Shown here one piece after another: positions 25,768 through 38,732 of a stretch of DNA of 64,000 bases. The stretch spans positions 3,174-67,173 of the forward strand of contig JAQGDQ010001056.1 of NCBI GenBank assembly GCA_030141605.1, read 5' to 3'. A program made the translations under genes and the position numbers. Source of the DNA: Tubiluchus corallicola (taxonomy: Eukaryota > Animalia > Priapulida). Numbering within the stretch: position 1 is the stretch's first letter; each line of letters opens with the position of its first letter. Under the pieces are notes generated by a model. The model saw only the letters and a list, made by a program, of their open reading frames with translations. It had not been told where the DNA came from and searched no databases.

Positions 25768-27292
25768 TCCCATATATGAGCTTCATTCATACATCATTCC
25801 ATTTTAAGCACTAATGTTTTTTTATCACGATTCAGTTTAAATTTTCAGATTATCTCCATTACTTTTTTTTCTATCACTGTGTGGGACAATCTAACAAGCC
25901 CTGCTTTTTGATTGCCCGCAAGACAATTACCTTCGTGTATAAGTGAACGGTGTGTGAGGCTTTTCCTGTGCAGTATTTCTTATTTGTATTATATCCATTG
26001 TAGGCCCTTTCACTAGATATCGTAAATGTAACCATTGTAAATGTGTAAGGTGAAACAAATGACTTATAACTTACGTCATCAAAACACACTGCCAGTTTAT
26101 GTACTTCAATGTCTTGCCTTTCACTTAAGTTATTCGTTGCTGACTACTCATACCCTCTAGTTACTTCACCGAACACCTATACATTTTAAAATCGAAAGAG
26201 AACGGCTGGGTTTTTACTGGAAATGTACATCATTTAGTACTACTGAGATTTTTCTAATTTTACAACGTGCAGTCTTCCGTAACATCGAGAAATCCTCCTT
26301 ATCCCAACGAAGGATAACAGGATTGATTCAGCGAGAATTTTTGACTTAAATTTCTTTGTTATGTTATACTCGTACAGCTTTTAAAGGAAGACATGATGAT
26401 TTTTCATATACTATCTCAATCCGATAAAAAACATACATTTTAACACAACTAACACTGCAAAAGCGTTTCTGATAATTAAATAATAGGTTAAAAACTTAAT
26501 TAACGGCGGGCGAGCCCAACTATTAATGACATCACAAACTAACATAATTTTCAACAGCAAAAATATTCCACGCGTTGCACGTGTTTGCGAAAGCGAAAAT
26601 TGAAGTACAGTGCTACTGTAAGATATTCAATGTGTTGTAATGAAACTAGACAAGTTTTAAGATAAAAAATTAAACCTTCAAATTTACGGCTGTGCTCACG
26701 CATGAGCTGTCAAACGTGCGTCGTTCGTTACAAGCTAACATAATTGAACTGAGGGGTACAGCACCTATTTTTTGTGCATGCGTTTCCCAAATGCAGGCGT
26801 TAGTGCCCGTCTAACTAGCGAATGGCGAAATGCATCTATCGGCGAATGCGAAATTGTGTTTATGTGATAATAATTCTTTCACGTAAGTCGATTTTGAAAA
26901 AATAGTATGTTTCCTTTCAATATTTTAAAGAGTAGAATGTTTTGACTTACAGTTTAAAATTGGTTCCGAATTTGTTATTAATTTTTCTTCTTCCCATATA
27001 TGAGCTTCATTCATTACATCATTCCATTTTAAGCACTAATGTTTTTTATCACGATTCACTTTAAATTTTCAGATTATTTCCATTACTTTATTTCCTATCA
27101 CTGTGTGGGACAATCTAACAAGCCCTGCTTTTTGATTGCTCGCAACACATTTACCTACGTATATAAGTGAACAGTGTTTGAAGCTTTTCCTGTGCAGTTT
27201 TTCTTATTTGTAATATGTTCATTGTAGGCCCTTTCACTAGATATTGTATATGAAACTATTGTAAATGGGTAATGTTAAATAAATGACTTATG
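25768..27292. repeat. ~300-bp diverged direct repeat pair (25768-26068 and 26992-27292)
   Basis: tcccatatatgagcttcattc...ctgtgtgggacaatctaacaagccctgc...aaatgactta occurs twice in the same orientation. Confidence 0.85.
26385..26977 (-). mobile_element. Family A MITE, reverse orientation
   Basis: Starts TTAA|AGGAAGACA; body matches 12780-13414; far end degenerate. Confidence 0.8.
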
Positions 27293-27629
27293 ACTTCTTT
27301 GAAAGAGTGCTGAAAAGCACCAAAATTTATCCCCATGCAGCAGGTAGCTTAGAGCAAATGTAAGTAAAATAAATGATGCTTCGGCAAATTGTTCTGATAC
27401 GCTCGAGGTGAATGTTTTATCTGTAGCAACTAAAGTCAGTTTCAACTCTTTTAAGCAATAGTGTTAATCTTTTCTCTCTTTTATTCTTTCTGTCTTGTTG
27501 TCTTTGCAGTGCCTAAAGATTCGATACTGTTTCAGTTAATATACGTAAATCAGAATCAGGTGGCGCATAGAATTAACCTAAAGACTGCCAATCAAAGCGA
27601 ATTCAAATCTTTGTTATCAAAGATTTCTC

Positions 27630-28240
27630 CTCTTTCTCTTCTTCCTTTTAACTTTGAACGAAATTGGTTCGTATGCAGTATGCTGATGATGTGGCATAGA
27701 TTGAAAGGAACAAAGAAGAAATAGATGAAATGAAAAACACAATAGAAGAAAAACCGAAAAGCTTGGAGCTCATAGTAAACAAAAGTAAAACCGAAGAGTT
27801 TCACATAACGCGCCATGGTGATGAATCTGGAAAAAATGCAAGTATCTCGGTAGTTTGATGGCAACAGAAGACGAAATATCAAGACGGAAGATAGTGGCAT
27901 TATCAGCATATTCAAAACTCACAAAAGTTTTATAGAATAGGAAAATTTCTTTGGAAACAAAAATTAGAATATTCTCAGCCTATACTTCTGTACAACTCCG
28001 AACTTTGGACATTAAGAGTAAATCATAAGGCTAAAACTGTATGTTTCAAAGGCGAAGTTATAGAAACATTTTGGGATCAGATGGCAAAAGAAAATCTCAA
28101 ATAAAGATCTATATGAAAAAATAAAAGAAGAACGCTGGACAAGAAAAATAAAAAGACGCCGTTTAAGATGGATTAAGCACCTGATGATAATCCAGTGAAG
28201 ATAACTCTTCAACAAACCATAAAACCAGCTAAAAACCTGT
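27630..28240 (+). mobile_element. RTE-clade LINE fragment including the RT catalytic motif (pseudogenised)
   Basis: atgcagtatgctgatgat = MQYADD at ~27672, then VNKSKTE, CKYLG and IKRRRLRWIKHL, with stops and frameshifts. Confidence 0.85.
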
Positions 28241-28395
28241 TAACAAATGTTAACATATTTAGATTTTGCACTGAAAGATTTAAACACTTCAGCATTGATC
28301 CTTAGAGATAAATGGACTTGGGACATTGCAGTGAGTAGGGAGTCCTGGCATAAATAGGTGAACAGAATAATGTCACTGGACGTATGATTTATTGA

Positions 28396-28560
<165 letters not shown>

Positions 28561-29556
28561 GAAATTGGTGCCGTCACGGAAGTGGTGCTGATAAGCTATT
28601 GGCATAGCAGTGTCTGGTTTTTTGCTGGATTGCTGCCGTGTTTGCCTGTCTTGAAGACTTGTTTGTTTTATTTTGAAATTTCCGTCTTTCCAGTGTCTAC
28701 AATATGATATGATGATGAATAAAATAGGCCTAACCTGTCGGAACATATCTAAAAATCTTCGAACTTACGTACAAACATTTTAATTAGCGAATCCCATTAA
28801 CCTTCATTTCCAAATCAATGACATTTATGCAGGTTTACAGCCGAATGGAACAGACCGAAAGAAACATTAAAAGGATGACTGTAATAATTCAACTCTGTAA
28901 CGACCGTTCATATTATTATTTTAAAAATCACGCCATTAAAATATGCATGAATTATAGCCAACTTTGCGCTTGTAACAGTTATTTTCACAGAGCAGCAACA
29001 TTCTAAACCGTTACACAGGTTACCACTGGACATTTAGAGAGCGTACTGAATGAAGCCAGTTTAATTAAATATCGAACGGCTTCTCCGCGGGCAGACCTCA
29101 GCGGTTGCTAATCCCATGGAAATATGTTCCCCGAGCATAGGCAACAGACCGAAGTTTATAAACTCGCCAAAAATCACGTTTTCACTTTATTTTCTGCTTT
29201 GCACTGACAGTGTCCTATTGCGAGGTGAGTTTTGCATTTAGATTAGATGACACGGTACAGTGACAAGTTGTGCAATCAAAGACCAACTCAATCATCTAAG
29301 TACATGTAATGTAAAGGAAAACGGAAACTGCATCTGATTCTTCCTTTAAAATCATAGGCGTACATGGCGGGGGTCGGAGGGGCGGCGATTGCCCTCCCAG
29401 AGCAAATGAATTTTACATTTTCAGGGCAAATAAATTTCCGAATTTAATTTTGAATATTAAAAATCGCTGAAAATGCACGAGAATAAAATTTGTCGGCTCA
29501 CGGGCTTTAAAGAATGCAATACTAAACTCACAATTTCATTTTTCTAAAATCATAAT

Positions 29557-30978
29557 CCTGACTGGGCCCATGTTCACACTGTGTTCTAAGTAAGCGCATG
29601 TTCACACTGTGTCCTAAGTAAGCCCATGTTCACACTGTGTAATGACTAGGCCCATGTTCATACTGAGTCCTGACTGAGCCCATGTTCACATTGCATCTGT
29701 TCACATTGAGTCCTGACTAAGCCCATGTTCACACTGAGTCCTGACTAAACCCATGTTCACACTGAGTCCTGACTGGACCTATGTTCACACTGAGCCCATG
29801 TTCACACTGAGTCTTGACTGAGCCGATGTTCACTCTGAGTCCTGACTGAGCCTATGTTCACCCTGAGTCCTGACTAAGCCTATGTTCACACTGAGTCCTG
29901 ACTGAGCCTATGTTCATACTGAGTCCTGACTGAGCCTATGTTCACACTGAGTCCTGACTGAGCCTATGTTCATACTGAGTCCTGACTGTGCGTATGTTCA
30001 TACTGAGTCCTGACTGAGCCCAAATTCACACTGAGTCCTGACTGAGCCTATGTTCACACTGAGTCCTGACTGAGCCTATGTTCATACTGAGTCCTGACTG
30101 TGCCTATGTTCATACTGAGTCCTGACTGAGCCCAAATTCACACTGAGTCCTGACTGAGCCTATGTTCACACTGAGTCCTGACTGAGCCTATGTTCACACT
30201 GAGTCCTGACTGAGCCGATGTTCACACTGAGTCCTGACTGAGCCTATGTTCACACTGAGTCCTGACTGAGCCCATGTTCACACCGAGTCTTGACTGAGCC
30301 CAAGTTCACACTGAGTCCTGACTGGACCTATGTTCACACTGAGTCCTGACTAAGCCCATGTTCAAACTGAGTCCTGACTAAGCCCATGTTCACAGTGAGT
30401 CCTGCCTGAGCCTATGTTCACACTGAGTCCTGACTGAGCCCAAGTTCACACTGAGTCTTGACTGAGCCCAAGTTCACACTGAATCCTGACTGAGCCCAAG
30501 TTCACACTGAGTCCTGACTGAGCCCAAGTTCACACTGAATCCTGACTGGACCTATGTTCACACTGAGTCCTGACTGAGCCCAAGTTTACACTGAGTCCTG
30601 ACTAAGCCCATGTTCACAGTGAGTCCTGCCTGAGCCTATGTTCACACTGAATCCTGACTGAGCCCAAGTTCACACTGAATCCTGACTGAGCCCATGTTCA
30701 CACTGAATCCTGACTGAGCCTATGTTCACACTGAATCCTGACTGAGCCCAAGTTCACACTGAATCCTGACTGAGCCCAAGTTCACACTGAATCCTGACTG
30801 AGCCCAAGTTCACACTGAATCCTGACTGAGCCTATGTTCACACTGAATCCTGACTGAGCCCAAGTTCACACTGAATCGTGACTGAGCCCAAGTTCACACT
30901 GAATCGTGACTGAGCCCAAGTTCACACTGAGTCCTGACTGAGCCTATGTTCACACTGAATCCTGACTGAGCCTATGTT
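29557..30978. repeat. 28-bp minisatellite, ~50 copies
   Basis: Unit ctgactgagcc(t/c)a(t/a)gttcacactga(g/a)tc; degenerate at the left edge. Confidence 0.96.
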
Positions 30979-31269
30979 TGATTCTGTGCAAGGTAACCTC
31001 TGTGTAAATTATTATTACGCAAAGCTTTTAGACAGGATAAACCTGATTGGGCAAAGTGCTCATTTACAAAAATGTCTTGTGTTAAAAGGCAGCTCACAAC
31101 AATAATCATAAATAAGATTTAAACTTATGGAACAAAATTATTAGACGAGGTTGCAGAACTTCCTAGCTTGAATACTATAGATTGATGAATTTACAGTTAA
31201 CACATACACAGGCAGCTTAAATCCTTAAATTGCATTATTTAGCTACTCTTCAAGGTTTAAAAGAAAAAT

Positions 31270-31560
31270 TAATCTTGAACGTATTTTTGACTTGACTTTT
31301 AAAAGCTTTCGTATTTGAATAATGACGTATATGAACAGGTAGTTGATTCTAAATTACTGTCCACGTGTAGCGGAAGCATGGCCGGCTAATGTTAGTTCTA
31401 AGTAACAACGACTTGCAATCGCCTCATTGTTTTGATCTCGTGTTATAGTCACGATCTATGGGAAAAATATCAACATATCATTGAGTACGATGTTCATTGA
31501 AAATAATTTTATGCATTCATATAGAAAAGTGACTTTTACGTCTAATAGTTAAAGACGGCC
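31270..31560 (-). mobile_element. CR1/L2-type LINE 3' fragment
   Basis: Minus strand reads I*NQLPVHIRHYSNTKAFKSQVK, a decayed WNxLP...FK..K C-terminal motif. Confidence 0.5.
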
Positions 31561-32949
31561 AAATTAAGGTCCTTAACATATTGGACTGCCGTCCGTTCAT
31601 AACGGAGGCAGGACGGATGACACCGCGGCCTAAATTATGCTGCATGTTTTTAATTAAGCTAATCAAACGCTCCAGCTAAAAAAAATTCGAATCATGGAGT
31701 TGAATTGACTATTTATTATCAAGTACAACTACACTTTCAGTTTAACCCAAATGTCGACTTTAGAAGAAAGAACTCAACCGGCCGGTTTGTGGCAAAGCCT
31801 GTGAACAGAGCTGGAGGACTAAATGACTTCGACCACTGACAAGGATCTACCTTCCCATTTTATAAGCTCAAGTGTGCACGTGACAGGTAGCCTTTACTAA
31901 CACAAGGTCAGAATACGAGTCTGTACTAGATAAAGCCACGTTCACATGCGCACCTGAGAGGTACACTGCATTCCTTGCCAGCATTAAATTTGCATTTCTT
32001 TATTAATAATTTAATTTTAACATGAGCCTACTCTAGCGCTGAGTACAATAGCAACAACAACAACGTCACGTACTTCAAGGTTAAGCAGAATTCTAATAGC
32101 TACGTTCTGACATATTTGCAATCTTCCCAAATGCTAGATTAAATCGAGGCTGAGTACATTAGAATGTCTAGCTAACTGTGCCATCTTATAAATGAAATCA
32201 ATTTCTAGTGCTCTGAGGACGGACGATCACTGCTTTACTCTTACGGTCAATGGAAACACGCATTTACAAAAATCATTAGCAATCCTAGTTCGTTGTCACT
32301 TCAACTAGCAAAATAACGAACCGATCTTGTTAGAGGAAATTGGTTGAAATTGTCGAAACCTTTCTAAAGGGTAATATAATACGCGTAACAATTGCAAAGA
32401 GACATCTAGCTTTTATTGCTATGGTTTTATCTCCAAATGCAGGTTTACACCATTACGTTCTGCACACTATTGTATATTGTACATTTTCTATGGCATGTTA
32501 ACTCAATGAAATAGTCATAAATTCTCTCGCCAAGCAACCTTACAAAAGCAAATCATTCACCCAGAGACGACAATTTATCAAAACTGTTTTTAACTAACAA
32601 CGGGTTCGTTTCGCAAAACTCAAGAAAGACTGATTCGTTAAAGGAAAAGTCAATCTTTCTGGGAAGTTATGCTTAGTTCAATGTTCGTGAAAGACATTAG
32701 GATTTAGTAATAATAAGCGGTAATAAGTGTAATTGGTAAAGCGACTTTAAAGCCGCGATCATTTCATTCCCACTTTGAATGCCCATTCTTACACCAATGG
32801 CGCGTTAGCACAAACATTAGGCAAGCTGCAGAGGTTTGAATTAATTTAAGCAGTGCCCGCTTACCAAAAGCACAGTTACCGTCTTGTGAAAAATCACGAA
32901 GTATATCAAAAAATTTCAAGTAAATGGCGACTATTGCTGGGATTGAAAA

Positions 32950-33450
32950 TTTCTTGGCAATTTTTTTGCAAATTCTTTGTTGATGACAGGAAATTAAACC
33001 TAAGATTCTGAATGACTTATCTTTTCCTTTAAGATTAATTGCCCTTTGTAACAAGTCTAGTTATCTCACATAGATGCAGTTTGTTAATCAAAGTTACGGA
33101 GCAGGTTGTGGCCTAACAAGGAGTTGCATGGAAGCAGTTTTATTATCTCACAAACGACCTTGTTCTTTTAATGGCTTTGACAATTAACTGTACTCAAAGA
33201 CAATTCAATTGCTTGAATAGGGTTTGATATTTTTTCTTGACTCACTATATAGACGTTTTGGCTTTCAGTTTATTACTTAAGCAGGGAAATTTTGAGAAAT
33301 TTCTGTACTAAATTGGGCAGGCTCCTAATAGCACATGTAACTGCTTATTAAGCCCTCAGTCTGTATATCATTTATTATTTGAATGTACATTAGTAAACCA
33401 AGCCAAAAGAAATGATTTATTAGCACTCTACCTGCGTTAGATTCAGACTA
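32950..33450 (+). mobile_element. Degenerate LINE 3' fragment with zinc knuckle
   Basis: FLY*IGQAPNSTCNCLLSPQSVYHFI..C at ~33300-33390 (CxC..H..C), followed by an AT-rich tail. Confidence 0.45.
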
Positions 33451-34149
33451 TGTTTTCTCTAGCCCGGATAATAATGCTACAAATGCTTCTGCAAATCTTA
33501 TCTCGGAAGAATTCCCATCGTCTTTCGCCCGTATATAAACAGTCTGTTGGTGATGAAATTGTACTACTCTCGTCGTGTTTTCTATATGATGTTTTGCTTT
33601 TATTTATGATTATGTGTAACTTACTTTAGAATTGGTAATTATGTTTATTATAATTGTACTCGCTGTTTTTCATTGTGTATAATGTGTGTAAATTTTTGTT
33701 ACTAAGTATTAAAATATGTTCGTTATCGTTTATTATGTATGTAGGTACTGTTGAATTATAATTTGTAACTATGTCTATTGTATATGATCATTGTCGTTCA
33801 ATGTGTCTCATGCGTTAGATTCTAAATTATATATACATGTGAATAGGTTTAATATGTTGTAAATGCTTTTAGAAATTTTAAACGTATCCCTAAAAATAGA
33901 GGGAATGTATTCTGTACATAGTTTTTAAAAATAAGGAATTATAATAATAATAATATAGACGTAGACACTGGAATATCACTGCAGTTCGTGAATGCTTGAT
34001 GCTCTGTATGCCGAGCTGTAGCAATGATTCCCCCCACTCTGGGTAGATTTTACAAAATTATATCAAACAGTGTTATGCTTGTCTGTGTGTTATGAATGTC
34101 ATGCCATGCACTCTAAATATTGAATCCTAATATTAAATATTAAATTTAC

Positions 34150-34500
34150 TCTTAATTATACTATAAACTCTACCAATAATTATACAAATTAATAGTTACA
34201 GCAACAGTAATTCATCATTCATCATTTAATCATCCGTTCCCGATACCACTTTAAACAATAGAACGGAAAATTTAAAGCAAATTACAGTAAACAATAAATT
34301 TGGAAATAATTCTATGTCAAAACAAGCCATACGTTTATGGAACTCACTACCCAGTGAAAAAAAAACAAATAAAATCTTTCCGCCGGTTTAAAAATAAATT
34401 AAAAGAATATCAATATGGCAGGTTTCAACTTCCAAATTATGCATCTGATACTAATTACACAGACTCAGCTTTCATCTACCCCCGCCCCTGATCTAGATAA
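34150..34500 (+). mobile_element. CR1/L2-type LINE 3' fragment
   Basis: QAIRLWNSLPSEKK, then (1-nt shift) QIKSFRRFKNKLKEY, at 34323-34410. Confidence 0.7.
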
Positions 34501-34690
34501 AATGATTAAAATTATAAAATGTTATATCTATTATAACGAATATAAAATTTATGTAATGTAATGCGTGTTATGTTAATTGTGTCGTGTTAAATGTATATGC
34601 AGTGCAAATGGCATGTAAAATTTAATGTTCTTTTGTAATATTCTTTTGAAAATATGTTTTAATAACGTGTTTGTATATGTGTGTATATAT

Positions 34691-34983
34691 TGTTACGAAG
34701 GCGAAATGCCCTTTATTTTCGACCCTCCCCCTCTACATTGTGATGGTTTCATCCATTACGAAGCCATTGCATATCAGCGTTGCATAGCAGCTATAAGTAG
34801 CTGGTATGGAATGGCCTCGTCGGTTCAGTGGGCTGACGGGCAGGTGCGTCTTCCATCTCAGCACCTGTTCCGCAATGACAGCTGCCTGGCGTGTTACTTA
34901 ATTCAGTAATTTTACTGTTGTTTTACGTTTTCTTCTCAACTATGCGACAATCGGCGTATCAGCACCATCCGTTCATCGTTACA
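34691..34983. mobile_element. Solo LTR (Gypsy-like), 293 bp
   Basis: TGTTACGA...TCGTTACA termini; ATAT 4-bp TSD on both sides (34687-34690, 34984-34987); internal TATAAG. Confidence 0.7.
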
Positions 34984-35904
34984 ATATTGTAAATAATTAT
35001 ATCCTAGTTTTGCACTTTAATTTTTTTAGTCTGCCCTGGACGCATTTGTCTTGAACGGTGTCGTTATTTTGACACCAAGCTGAGGCTTACTCAATTTTAT
35101 TATAATGAGTGAACCATTTTAATGGCAACAAATAAAGAATTAATATATAGTATATATATATATTAAATTGACTAATTAATCTTAGTTTTACTTCTAAAAA
35201 TCTACTGGCACTATGACTTTTTATAATGTTATTAATCACAGATTTTTTCCATTCATAGTTATTAATCAGATGTTTCAGGCGGAAAGTTTTACCATATCAG
35301 CTTCTGTTATAGTGAACGTGACGTCTAAATTTGTTTAACTTTAGCACGTTTCTCTTTCCACATTGGTGTGGTGAAAATAAAGTTACATTCGCTTCAGAGT
35401 GAGTAGAAATTTGCTGTTTTTAGAAAATTGTGAACTAAATAAAATTCGTTCAACGCTGCAAAAGGTTTTCGTCGTTTTTCGTTATTATTTCACGCCACAA
35501 AGAGGTTTTAGATCTTTCGGGATTTCGCGAAATTTTATGAACCCAGAGTAAACAGCGATTATTTTGCAACAAATTATTCCTTTGGGCGACACGTCTTAAC
35601 AATTGTGACGTCACAAAACACTACTTTGGTGAATTGGGATTTCAGGATTATAAAAATACAACAATTTTGAAAATTTTGAAAATAGATTAAAGAAATTTTA
35701 TTTAGCGCAGTACGAGAATCGAACAGTACCTGCGCATGCTGTTAAAATAAACAATTTTATCGATAACAGCGCCAATTAATTTGTCGCTTTTTGTTTAAGT
35801 TTTAACCATTTTAACAGCATTGTAACCATTTTTAACTGCATTTTCACTACTTTACAAGCATGTCAGTAGTTTTTATAACTAATTGCTTAGTTTTTGTTGT
35901 GTTT

Positions 35905-36244
35905 TGTTTCTCTCGGAAGGCTCGTAGAGCAAACCAGAAAACACGTCGTCAAATTAGACTAGTTTATTATGCGAGAATTCTACAACCCAAAAGTATGAGG
36001 GAACGCGAAATGTTTACAGTAAATGTGATAATATGGAAACGTGAAAGCGAGAAAGCGTATCTGAGAATACAAGAGAATGTGAGAGAATAAACTTCAGCGG
36101 CCAGCTCCGCCTTATATATCAGTGCAAAGGAACAATCTAGAAACAGAAAGTTCTCGAAACTTCTACAAGGTAAGAAGATTGTTCTACTATGCCATAGAAC
36201 ATTCTACAATTTTCTATTTACTTCTAGTGTGGATCTCCACAACA
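35905..36244 (-). mobile_element. Solo LTR (Gypsy-like), 340 bp, with heat-shock elements
   Basis: TGTT...AACA termini; GTTT TSD (35901-35904, 36245-36248); on minus strand: HSE cluster, then TATATAAG (36111-36118), then AATAAA (~35963-35968). Confidence 0.7.
36145..36164. promoter_or_regulatory. Heat-shock element with 4 alternating nGAAn units
   Basis: aGAAagTTCtcGAAacTTCt; further GAA/TTC pairs nearby (aGAAcaTTCt at ~36196). Confidence 0.7.
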
Positions 36245-36582
36245 GTTTTTATGACACTATTTCTGATTGTCTTAGACTGATTTGTCCTTTCTGTTGGATA
36301 TTCGATGAATTTTAAATTGTATTTTACGATTTGTATGCTTAATTTAGTCATCTTGCCATCTAATTAGTCTTGAATGTCCTATTTATTTTGAGTCTTTATT
36401 GATTTTCTATTTTGTTACCGTTATACTTACTTCATCCTTTAATTGCCTTCGTTTTAGGGTGTAGGCTTTTATTTTTTAGTACACGATTTTTTTGTAAACA
36501 AATTGTTTTATATTAGCTTAAGTGATTTTTCTGCATAAAAATTTCAAAGTAAAATAAAAATGAGAAATGGTTTCCTTATTAA

Positions 36583-37350
36583 CTACACATTCTTTTCTTC
36601 AAAGACTCGTTCCGTCTGTGTTGTAGGCATTGAGGCATTGACATTTATTAGAGTATTCCACCCACTCTTATCCGCAGCTAACAGCGTAAGTTCTTCTGCT
36701 TCTAAAGATAGATTTGGTTGAAGTTGTTGAACATCTTTATTAATCTTACCTATATAAGTTGTTGTAGGTTTGCCAGGTGGTTTTTTTTGCAAGGTTTTAA
36801 GGCTTCCTTTAAAGCTGTTTTACTGGTACTTCACTTGGTAATCTTAGAAGATGTCCTAGCCATTTTAATCTTCGGATCTTGACTTTTGAACTCCAATAAA
36901 CTTCTTTCGTTTTGGTGTATAAATCTTCATTTTTGATTACGTATAGCCATCTTATCCTTAAAATTTTTCTTAGAAGACTTCTATGAAATGTGTTAATCTG
37001 TTTTTCTTAAGTAAGCGTTAAACCCTAAGTTTCACTGCTGTACATAAATATGCTGGCAACGTAAACATTAAATAATCGAAGTCTCACGTTATGACTTGCT
37101 AGTTAATACATTCTTATGCTGAAGAAAAGCATGCATTGCTTGTTGCTTTCTACTTTTAATATCATCTTCGGTGCTTAGGTTTCCACGTTGTTTTAGGTTT
37201 CCCAGGTGGTTTTTCGTAAGATTTTAAGGCTTCGTTTAAAGCGACTCTTACTGGTGTTTCATTTTGTAATCTTAGAAGATGTCCTAGCCACGTTAATATT
37301 CCGAGCTTGACTTTTGAAGGCCAAGGGATTTCTTTCGTTCTAGTGTATAA
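36583..37350 (-). mobile_element. RTE-clade LINE 3' fragment with an internal partial duplication
   Basis: Highly similar to 52870-53530 (KIRRLKWLGHLLRLP); 37190-37350 repeats ~36770-36925. Confidence 0.85.
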
Positions 37351-37692
37351 ATCAACGAATGTTGTTACACGAAATTCAACATAAGAAATAAACAGAAACG
37401 AGCTCTTTTAAACCATTACAATTACGTAACGTATGTGAAGAGATAACAATGAACAAACTACTGAAGCTTTACGGTGTAGATTTGCTGTCCGTAAAGTAAA
37501 AATCACCCATCAATAAACCACTCAGTAGAAGAATGAGTTCTAATCCCTCTGAGAAATTGACTCTCACTATTTTTGAGCCGTTTTGAGCTGCTCCACTTTA
37601 ATTCCCAACTAGTGAAACCTTAATTATTAAAGAGTCAGCTTTTAAATCTTTCATTGTCTATCCGAAAATTCGTAGTCTGGCAGTATAGCATC

Positions 37693-38088
37693 CAGGGGCG
37701 TAGCAAGACTTTACGACACCCTAACCAAAAAGTTTTGTCCCGCCCATCTCTATTGTGAAGTTATGGTTGTTAATGTAATGAGCATATTAAACAATTACTT
37801 GTGATGTATTAGAATTTAGAAACACTATTAACCTAGTTTCTACGTAGTCGTTATTAATTACATGTATTTGCTTGTTGTGTACTACCTTGCACCTGTTCGT
37901 TATGTGGCACTTATATAAAAGCTGCTCTCAGTAACGGCCTGTGGCGTCTTATAAGATGCGCCCTTTACATGAATATGAAAGTATACACATTTTACGAGGA
38001 GAATAAGAATTTTTTTCTAAAATGTGACGCCCCTCAAACTTTGGCTCTAGGCAGTAGCTTAGTTAGCCTGTTGGTTAATACGCCTCTA
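37693..38088 (+). mobile_element. hAT-like MITE, family D
   Basis: CAGGGGCGTA...TACGCCTCTA; colinear with 42661-43087. Confidence 0.7.
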
Positions 38089-38513
38089 CTGCAGTACAGA
38101 ATTTATTTCATATCTTTTCTTGTAATTCAAATACTGCTACACTTAGGCTGTGTTATCTACTAACCGTTGTTATTAATGTGCAGGGTGCGTTTCAATATGC
38201 ATTAAGCTTCATGACGTATTTTTCTCTCTGTCAGTGTTCTAGACTCTAGAGAATATCAAGCTTTCAACCAAATGCTTCTTTTAGAGCAATATAAATGGAC
38301 CAAACCTGATTCATATAGAATCACTTCAGGACTATCCACGTATTAACATTGATGAAGTAGCTACAGCAACTACAGATGTCTTATAATATGAAATTTTTTC
38401 ACGCCTCATCCTGTTCCTTCTTCTTTTTTTAACAAAGATTTTCCCTAACAGAGCGCCTTAATTCTTCCTAGGCTCTGAGCGTCTCACAATTGCTATAAAA
38501 ATGTAGGATAGAA

Positions 38514-38732
<219 letters not shown>

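Noticed and set aside
29557-30978. CRISPR array (28-bp period)
   Set aside because: Pure tandem repeat without spacers.
31780-32000. snRNA-type gene (ATGCAAAT and TATAAAA on minus)
   Set aside because: The downstream sequence matches no snRNA I recognise, and both motifs are common in AT-rich DNA.
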